DNA from: Candidatus Saccharimonadota bacterium
Lineage (GTDB): Bacteria; Pseudomonadota; Gammaproteobacteria; Enterobacterales; Enterobacteriaceae
Direction: 5' to 3'
Length of the DNA: 32,000 bases
Assembly: GCF_012562765.1 (NCBI RefSeq)
Contig: NZ_CP046226.1
Span: forward strand, 480,001 to 512,000
This document shows positions 25,322 to 32,000 of this stretch, piece after piece (the stretch's first letter is position 1; each line of letters opens with the position of its first letter). Position numbers and translations under genes: made by a program. The notes under the pieces were generated by a model. That model made no database searches and was not told the origin of the DNA. It was given only the letters and a program-made list of their open reading frames with translations.

Positions 25322-27085
25322 GTGTTATGCTTATTATATTTTTTAAAAAATTATAAAAAATATATAAAAATTCTTTTTTTTGGTATAATAATAACAATTA
25401 TTACTAATTTAATGACTATTTTTTTATCAGTTATATCTGGTTGGTTATTAACTTCTACTTTTTTCTTTACGCTTACTAATATTAGTTATAATTATATAGT
25501 TCCTTCAGCTATTATTAGATTAATTTCAATTATAAAAACTTTTACAAAATATTTTGAAAAAATTATAAAACATGATAATACTTTACGTTTATTAAAAAAT
25601 TTAAGAATTATTATTCTCCGTAAAATTTTTCCTTTATATCCTTCTAATTTTAAATATTTAAATAATAGTAATATATTAAATACATTAATTTCAGATATTG
25701 AAATTTTAGATTATTTATATATACAGATTATATCTCCTATTATTAGTTTATTTATAACTACTATTATTCTATTAATTAATTTAAGTTTTTTTTGTTTTAT
25801 ATTATCTATTATACTTTTTTTAATTTTATTTTTTTCATTATTATTATATACAATATATTTTTATAATTTAAGTAAACCAATAGGAAAAAATAATATTTAT
25901 TTTAGAAATGAATATTATTTTTATATGAGTAATTATTTATATTATCAAACAGAATATAGAATATTTGAAGGTATAAATATAATTAGAAAAAAAATTAATT
26001 TTTTAGAAATACAATGGCAAAAAATACAATATAAAAAAAATAATTATAATTCACAATCACAATCAATAATAATTATTATTAATGGAATTAATATATTAAT
26101 TTTATTAATATATAGTAATTTATATTTATTTAATAATTTTAATTCTAAGTTTTATTTTTTATCTTTTTTACTTTGTTTAATTACATTATCTAATATGTTA
26201 TTACCTATAGGTAATATTTTTCATAATATTAGTGAAATATTATTGTCAGCTAAAAAAATTTTTATGATTATACATCAAAAACCAACTATAAATTTTTTAA
26301 AAATAAATAAATGTTTAAAAAAATATAATAATAATATTATTATAAATATAAAAAATATTTCTTTTCATTATCCTCAACAACCTTTATTAATTTTAAAAAA
26401 TTTATCTTTATTTATAAATAATAATGAAAAAATAGCTATTACTGGACATAATGGTTGTGGTAAATCAACATTATTAATGTTATTAACAAGAGCTTGGGAT
26501 CCTACTAAAGGAATAATTTATTTAAATAATATTAATTTAAAATTATGGAATTTACCTTCTTTAAGAAAAAATATAAGTGTAATAAATCAACGTGTCTATT
26601 TATTTAGTGATACATTAAAAAATAATTTGTTATTAGATAAACAAAATGATTGTAATATCGATTATAAATATTTAATAAAAATTATAAATCTTGTAGGATT
26701 AAATAAATTAATTAATAATAGTCAAGGTTTAGAATTATGGATGGGAGAAGGAGGAAGAAGTTTATCAGGTGGAGAATTAAAAAGATTAGCTATTGCAAGA
26801 GCAATATTACATAATGGAAATTTAATATTATTAGATGAACCAACAGAAGGTTTAGATCATATTACGTCTTATAATATTTTAAAATTAATATTTTCTATAT
26901 TTAAAAAAAAAACAATAATAATTATTACTCACAACATTAATATTATAAAAAAAATGGATTGTATATATTTTATGGATAATGGTTATTTTGTTGAAAAAGG
27001 ACATCATAATTATTTAGTAAATAAAAAAGGTAAATATTGGAATTATATAAAAAATAATATAGAAAATAATAAAGATGGTATTTAA
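25322..27085 (+). CDS. cydC: cysteine/glutathione ABC exporter subunit CydC
   Basis: 587 aa with a TM domain and an NBD ([34 protein letters not shown]). The N-terminus aligns from residue 1 with E. coli CydC (MRALLPYLALYKRHKWML.. vs [18 protein letters not shown]..), which supports the GTG start at 25322. An AGGAG lies about 11 nt upstream. Confidence 0.85.
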   Translation: MLCLLYFLKNYKKYIKILFFGIIITIITNLMTIFLSVISGWLLTSTFFFTLTNISYNYIVPSAIIRLISIIKTFTKYFEKIIKHDNTLRLLKNLRIIILRKIFPLYPSNFKYLNNSNILNTLISDIEILDYLYIQIISPIISLFITTIILLINLSFFCFILSIILFLILFFSLLLYTIYFYNLSKPIGKNNIYFRNEYYFYMSNYLYYQTEYRIFEGINIIRKKINFLEIQWQKIQYKKNNYNSQSQSIIIIINGINILILLIYSNLYLFNNFNSKFYFLSFLLCLITLSNMLLPIGNIFHNISEILLSAKKIFMIIHQKPTINFLKINKCLKKYNNNIIINIKNISFHYPQQPLLILKNLSLFINNNEKIAITGHNGCGKSTLLMLLTRAWDPTKGIIYLNNINLKLWNLPSLRKNISVINQRVYLFSDTLKNNLLLDKQNDCNIDYKYLIKIINLVGLNKLINNSQGLELWMGEGGRSLSGGELKRLAIARAILHNGNLILLDEPTEGLDHITSYNILKLIFSIFKKKTIIIITHNINIIKKMDCIYFMDNGYFVEKGHHNYLVNKKGKYWNYIKNNIENNKDGI

Positions 27086-27117
27086 ATATTATTATAAATA
27101 ATAAAGGAAACGCATTA

Positions 27118-27336
27118 ATGTCGAAATCAGATAATATAGAAATGCAAGGAATAGTTTTAAATACATTACCTAATACTGTATTTCATGTAAAATTAGATAA
27201 TGGACATATAGTTACTGCTCATATTTCAGGAAAAATGAGAAAAAATTATATTAGAATACTTACAGGAGATAAAGTTACTGTAGAATTAACACCTTACGAT
27301 TTAAGTAAAGGAAGAATAATTTTTCGTAGTCGCTAA
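27118..27336 (+). CDS. infA: translation initiation factor IF-1
   Basis: 72 aa. [59 protein letters not shown] is almost identical to E. coli IF1. An AAGGAA Shine-Dalgarno lies upstream. Confidence 0.97.
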   Translation: MSKSDNIEMQGIVLNTLPNTVFHVKLDNGHIVTAHISGKMRKNYIRILTGDKVTVELTPYDLSKGRIIFRSR

Positions 27337-27389
27337 TATTTAGTATATATTTAAAAATATTTAAATTTTAAAATAGGAAATTATAATAT

Positions 27390-28355
27390 TTAAAAATTTT
27401 TCCTTAAATAATTTTGAGCATCTACAGCTGCCATACAACCAGTAGCTGCTGATGTAATAGCTTGTCTATAAACATTATCCATAACATCACCTGCAGCAAA
27501 AATACCTGAAATACTAGTTTGTGTAAAATTAAATTTATTTTTGGATATATGATTAGTAATAATATATCCATTATTATCTAATTTTAATAAATTTTTAAAC
27601 AAATTAGTATTTGGTATAGTTCCTATAGAAATAAAAATACCATATAAATTTATTATTTTATAATTTTCTATATTTGTAGAAGAAAAAATTTTTATTCCTG
27701 TTACTCCAAACTGATTACCTAATATCTCTTTTACTATATAAGGATTATGTAAAATAATATTATTATTTTTTACTTTATCTAATAGTTTATTAATTAATAT
27801 TTTTTCAGCACTAAAATAAGATTTTCGATGTATTAAATGAACTTCTGAAGCAATATTAGATAAATATAAAGCTTCTTCTATAGCAGTATTACCACCACCG
27901 ATTACAGCAATTTTTCTATTATAATAGAATGATCCATCACAAATAGCACAAGAAGAAATACCTTTTCCTATAAATTTTTTTTCTGAATCTAAACCCAAAA
28001 ATTTTGGTACTGCTCCTGTAGCAATAATTAAACTATCACATGTATATTTAAAAAAATTTCCCGTTAAAAAAAAAGGCTTTTGTTTTAAATCTACCTTTAA
28101 TATATAATCATTTATTATATTTGTTTTAAAATATAATGCATGATTATGTAAATTATCCATTAATTTATTACCAGATATATTAGGAAAATTTCCAGGCCAA
28201 TTTTCTACATTTGTAGTTTTAGTTAATTGTCCACCTATATCTATTCCTGTTATTAAAATTGGATTTAAATTTGCTCTTGCAGAATATATAGCTGCAGTAT
28301 ATCCTGCTGGTCCAGAACCTAAAATTAAAAGTTTTGTATGTTGTATATTATTCAT
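27390..28355 (-). CDS. trxB: thioredoxin reductase
   Basis: 321 aa with the FAD motif [14 protein letters not shown], the redox-active CAICDG (E. coli CATCDG), the NADPH motif [13 protein letters not shown] and the GIFAAGDV motif. Confidence 0.95.
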   Translation of the reverse strand: MNNIQHTKLLILGSGPAGYTAAIYSARANLNPILITGIDIGGQLTKTTNVENWPGNFPNISGNKLMDNLHNHALYFKTNIINDYILKVDLKQKPFFLTGNFFKYTCDSLIIATGAVPKFLGLDSEKKFIGKGISSCAICDGSFYYNRKIAVIGGGNTAIEEALYLSNIASEVHLIHRKSYFSAEKILINKLLDKVKNNNIILHNPYIVKEILGNQFGVTGIKIFSSTNIENYKIINLYGIFISIGTIPNTNLFKNLLKLDNNGYIITNHISKNKFNFTQTSISGIFAAGDVMDNVYRQAITSAATGCMAAVDAQNYLRKNF

Positions 28356-28529
28356 AAATATTTTTATTAAATTTCATCCAAAGTTATTTTAAAATTTTTT
28401 TATTCATTATAAACTAATTATATTAATAATATATTTTTTAATATAAAATATTAATAATTAATTTTATATAAATAATCCATTATTATCATAAAACATGAAA
28501 ATAAAAAATATATAAGGTATTAAAATATT

Positions 28530-29813
28530 ATGTTAGATCCTAATTTATTTCGTTATAATATAGATTATGTATCTCAAATTCTTAAAAAAAGAAATTTTAT
28601 TCTAAATAAAAAATTAATAAATGAATTAGAAAAAAAAAGAAAAAAATTACAAATTAAAATAGAAAAATTACAAATAGAAAAAAAGGATAAATCTAATAAT
28701 TTAATAAAAAAAAAAGCTAATTATTTTGATTGTTTAAAAACTCAAATTAATAAAATTAATGATGAACTATCTGTTTTAAAATTAAAATTAATTGATGTTA
28801 AAAAAAATATAAAAAATATTTATGATACTATTCCAAATATTCCATCAGATGATGTTCCTTATGGAAAAAATAGTAAAGATAATAAAGAAATAAAAAAATG
28901 GGGTAAAATTTTATTTTATGATTTTCCAATTAAAGATCATGTAGAATTAGGGTTATTAAATAATGGAATTGATCTTAAATCAGGAATTATTTTAAGTGGA
29001 TCAAAATTTATAGTAATGAGAGGATTAATAGCATATCTACATAGAATTTTAATTCAATTTATGTTAGATTTACACGTTTTTTATCATAATTATGAAGAAA
29101 TTTATGTTCCTTATATAGTTAAAAATAAAACTTTATATGGTACTGGACAATTACCAAAATTTAGTGATGATATTTTCCACGTAAAACCGATCAAATATTA
29201 TGATAAAAATAAATATTCTTTAATTCCTACCGCAGAAGTTCCATTAACTAATATAGTTTATAATAAAATAATAAAAGAAAATGAATTACCAATAAAGTTT
29301 GTAGCACATAGTCCATGTTTTCGATCTGAAGTAGGTTCTTACGGAAGATATAATAAAGGTTTAATTCGTACACATCAATTTGATAAAGTTGAATTAGTAC
29401 AATTAGTACGTCCTGAAGATTCTTCAAAAACATTAGAAGTTATTACACAACATGCAGAAAAAGTATTAAAACTTTTAGAATTACCTTATAGAAAAATGCT
29501 TTTATGTACAGGAGATATGGGTTTTTCTTCTAGTAAAACATATGATTTAGAAGTATGGTTTCCATCAAAAAAAAAATACTATGAAGTTTCTTCTTGTTCT
29601 AATATGTCTGATTTTCAATCTAGAAGAATAAAAGCAAGATATAAAACAAAAAAAAATGAAAATATCTTTATACATACATTAAATGGTTCTGGATTAGCAG
29701 TTGGAAGAACTTTAGCTGCTATAATGGAAAATTATCAATTAAAAGATGGTAGTATTAAAATACCTAATATTTTAAAACCATATATGAAAAAATCATCTTT
29801 TAATATTAAATAA
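28530..29813 (+). CDS. serS: serine--tRNA ligase
   Basis: 427 aa with an N-terminal coiled-coil arm and class II motifs: PTAEVPLTN, FRSE.GS.G....GL.R.HQF.KVE and LNGSGLAVGRTLAAIMENYQ. Confidence 0.95.
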   Translation: MLDPNLFRYNIDYVSQILKKRNFILNKKLINELEKKRKKLQIKIEKLQIEKKDKSNNLIKKKANYFDCLKTQINKINDELSVLKLKLIDVKKNIKNIYDTIPNIPSDDVPYGKNSKDNKEIKKWGKILFYDFPIKDHVELGLLNNGIDLKSGIILSGSKFIVMRGLIAYLHRILIQFMLDLHVFYHNYEEIYVPYIVKNKTLYGTGQLPKFSDDIFHVKPIKYYDKNKYSLIPTAEVPLTNIVYNKIIKENELPIKFVAHSPCFRSEVGSYGRYNKGLIRTHQFDKVELVQLVRPEDSSKTLEVITQHAEKVLKLLELPYRKMLLCTGDMGFSSSKTYDLEVWFPSKKKYYEVSSCSNMSDFQSRRIKARYKTKKNENIFIHTLNGSGLAVGRTLAAIMENYQLKDGSIKIPNILKPYMKKSSFNIK

Positions 29814-29837
29814 CGATTTTTTTAATAAAATATCAAA

Positions 29838-30317
29838 TTAAAAATTTTGTTCAAATAAAAATTTAATAGTATGATATAAATCAATAGTTTTAAATAAGCG
29901 TGTTGGAATAACAAAAATAGTATCATCTCCAGCAATAGTACCAAGAATTCCTTCTGATTTTCCTAAAGAATCTAATAAACGAGCTATTAATTGAGCAGCT
30001 CCTGGACTAGTATGAATAATAATTAAAATATCATTATAATCAATATCTAAAACTAAATTTTTTAAAGGACTAGTAGTATTTGGAGCTCTTAAATCTAAAG
30101 GAAAAGAATAAACTATTTCCATTTTTGCATTTCTAGTTCTTACAGCACCAAGTTTTGTTAACATCCTAGAAACTTTAGATTGATTAATATTATTAAAACC
30201 TTCTTCTTGTAATGCATGTACAATTTCAATTTGTGTACTAAATTTTTCTTCCTTAATTAAATTTTTAAAAATTTTTACTAAAATTTCTTCTTTTTTTTTT
30301 ATAGAAATAGTACTCAT
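29838..30317 (-). CDS. argR: arginine repressor
   Basis: 159 aa. [38 protein letters not shown] and [49 protein letters not shown] are near-identical to E. coli ArgR (from memory). Confidence 0.95.
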   Translation of the reverse strand: MSTISIKKKEEILVKIFKNLIKEEKFSTQIEIVHALQEEGFNNINQSKVSRMLTKLGAVRTRNAKMEIVYSFPLDLRAPNTTSPLKNLVLDIDYNDILIIIHTSPGAAQLIARLLDSLGKSEGILGTIAGDDTIFVIPTRLFKTIDLYHTIKFLFEQNF

Positions 30318-30639
30318 AAAGTCACCAATAAAATAAAAAATAACATTATTTTTTATATATGACTAAAATTATTAGTAATAAGGATAAAAAAATTAACTTA
30401 TTTTATTTAAATAAATTAATAAAATATTAATTTTTAGTCAATAATATTAATCTAAATTTACTTTAAAAGTCAATAAATATTTAATTATTTTCAATAAAAA
30501 ATGAAACCTTTTAATTATAAAGATAAATTGATTTTACTAATTAAAAATATTATCATATGTTTGATAAACATTAAATCATTTTATAAATAAATTTTATTTT
30601 TTAAAATTATAAAATTTATATTTTTAGGTAATTTTTAAT

Positions 30640-31065
30640 ATGTATCATTTTAAAAATAAAATAAAAAATAAACATAATTGGTATCTTATTGATGCTCAAG
30701 AAAAAATTTTAGGTAGATTAGCTACAATAATAGCTCATTATTTAATGGGAAAACATAAAACAACTTATAGTCCTCATATAGATGGAGGTGATTATATTAC
30801 TGTAATTAATGCGGAAAAAATTCAAGTAACAGGAAATAAAAGAAAAAATAAAATATACTATAGTCATAGTGGATATTCTGGTGGAATAAAAAAAATATCA
30901 TTCAATGAATTAATCACTAAACATCCAAATAGGGTCATAAAACATGCCGTAAAAGGAATGTTACCTAAAAATAAAATAGGTTATTTAATATTAAAGAGAT
31001 TAAAAATTTATTCTGGGAATAAACATAAACATACTGCTCAAAAACATCATATTTTAAATATTTAA
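30640..31065 (+). CDS. rplM: 50S ribosomal protein L13
   Basis: 141 aa with [45 protein letters not shown] and AVKGMLPK, colinear with E. coli L13. Confidence 0.96.
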   Translation: MYHFKNKIKNKHNWYLIDAQEKILGRLATIIAHYLMGKHKTTYSPHIDGGDYITVINAEKIQVTGNKRKNKIYYSHSGYSGGIKKISFNELITKHPNRVIKHAVKGMLPKNKIGYLILKRLKIYSGNKHKHTAQKHHILNI

Positions 31066-31078
31066 TTGGATAATTATA

Positions 31079-31471
31079 ATGATTTTATATAAAAATTATG
31101 CAACAGGAAGAAGAAAAAGTTCTTCTGCTAGAGTTTTTCTTAAAAAAGGTAATGGATTAATTAATATAAATAATAAATCTTTAGATAAATACTTTTCTAG
31201 AAATACATCTCGAATGATAGTATTACAACCTTTAGAATTATTAAAAATTAATAATCAATTAGATTTATATATTACAGTTAAAGGTGGAGGAATTTCAGGA
31301 CAAGCAGGAGCTATACGTCATGGAATTACTAGAGCTTTAATAAAATATAATAATACTTATAAAGTAGAATTAAGAAAAGCTGGATTTATTACTCGTGATG
31401 ATCGTAAAGTAGAGAGAAAAAAAGTAGGCTTAAAAAAAGCTAGAAAAAGTTCTCAATTTTCTAAACGTTAA
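31079..31471 (+). CDS. rpsI: 30S ribosomal protein S9
   Basis: 130 aa with [20 protein letters not shown] and [18 protein letters not shown]. The C-terminus KKARK..QFSKR is typical of S9. rplM-rpsI operon order is conserved. Confidence 0.96.
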   Translation: MILYKNYATGRRKSSSARVFLKKGNGLININNKSLDKYFSRNTSRMIVLQPLELLKINNQLDLYITVKGGGISGQAGAIRHGITRALIKYNNTYKVELRKAGFITRDDRKVERKKVGLKKARKSSQFSKR

Positions 31472-31625
31472 TAAATTATTATTTATTATAGATATAAAAA
31501 ATATTTCTATTTATTATTAATAATTTTAAATTTCAATTTAAAATTATTAAATATTTATTTTTTAAAATTTAATTTTTATAATTATTTTAAATATTTAAAA
31601 TTTTTTATTATAGAGAATAATTACA

Positions 31626-32000
31626 ATGGATAAATTTATTATTAAAGGACCTGTAAAACTTAAAGGACAAGTAATTATTTCTGGATCTAAAAACGCAGCA
31701 TTACCAATATTATTTGCGTCACTTTTAATTAAAGAACCAATAGAAATAAAAAATATTCCTAAATTAAAAGATATTGATATAGCAATTAAAATTTTAATAA
31801 AATTAGGAGTCAATATTAAGAAAAAAAAAACATTAAGAATAGATTCTAGTAGTCTATTACGATATAATCCTCCTTCTTATTTAATTAAATTAATTAGAGC
31901 TTCAATTTGGATTTTAGGTCCATTATTAACAAGACTTGGAAAAGTAAATATAGCTTTTCCTGGAGGATGTTCTATTGGTAATAGACCTATCGATTTACAT
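31626..32000 (+). CDS. murA: UDP-N-acetylglucosamine 1-carboxyvinyltransferase, N-terminal 125 codons (continues past the window)
   Basis: Absent from the ORF track (no stop inside the window). From the ATG at 31626: [57 protein letters not shown]...[35 protein letters not shown]. E. coli MurA is [57 protein letters not shown]...[35 protein letters not shown]. The active-site Cys is present in GGCSIG. Confidence 0.95.
   Translation, partial: [125 protein letters not shown]

Noticed and set aside
25197-25397. 66-aa ORF on the minus strand spanning the cydD-cydC junction
   Set aside because: It is antisense to the cydD 3' end and the cydC 5' end, is low-complexity, and has no homology.
29248-29433. 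61-aa ORF on the minus strand
   Set aside because: It is antisense within the serS catalytic core; a shadow ORF.
30501-30590. 29-codon ORF (MKPFNYKDKLILLIKNIIICLINIKSFYK) upstream of rplM
   Set aside because: It has no convincing Shine-Dalgarno and no homology that I recognise, and its length is well within the random expectation for A/T-rich DNA. It may be a relic of a deleted gene but cannot be supported.
31595-31813. 72-aa ORF on the minus strand
   Set aside because: It is antisense to the N-terminus of murA, whose plus-strand translation matches E. coli MurA almost residue for residue.

Overview
This window is extremely A+T-rich (roughly four-fifths A+T by eye; intergenic DNA is almost pure A/T) and tightly packed. 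It holds 27 intact protein genes (two cut by the window edges) and one clear pseudogene. Every gene is core housekeeping: aspS, a MalY/PatB-type lyase, argS, mnmA, purB, potABC, mutM, mnmE, yidC, rnpA, rpmH, dnaN, gyrB, rpoZ, gmk, pmbA, ppa, eroded pyrG, eno, cydDC, infA, trxB, serS, argR, rplM, rpsI and murA. The proteins and their microsynteny are Enterobacterales-like but riddled with clean gene excisions. That is the signature of a reduced obligate insect-endosymbiont genome; a dnaA-less Wigglesworthia/Blochmannia-like lineage is my inference, not something I could verify. I see no tRNA or rRNA genes, IS elements, prophage, CRISPR array, toxin-antitoxin or defence island, and no novel multi-gene system. 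The observations worth a second look are: (1) dnaA and recF are missing from their conserved slots; (2) CTP synthase (pyrG) is a near full-length but multiply disrupted pseudogene upstream of eno, with TAA nonsense codons, a 4-bp tandem duplication, two poly(A)-tract frameshifts and loss of the catalytic Cys; (3) a perfect 46-bp A/T-only palindrome lies between ppa and pyrG; (4) potABC has no potD; (5) a highly conserved argR faces a 322-bp spacer that carries recurring G/C-containing words; (6) A9-A11 slippage-prone tracts sit inside intact essential genes.
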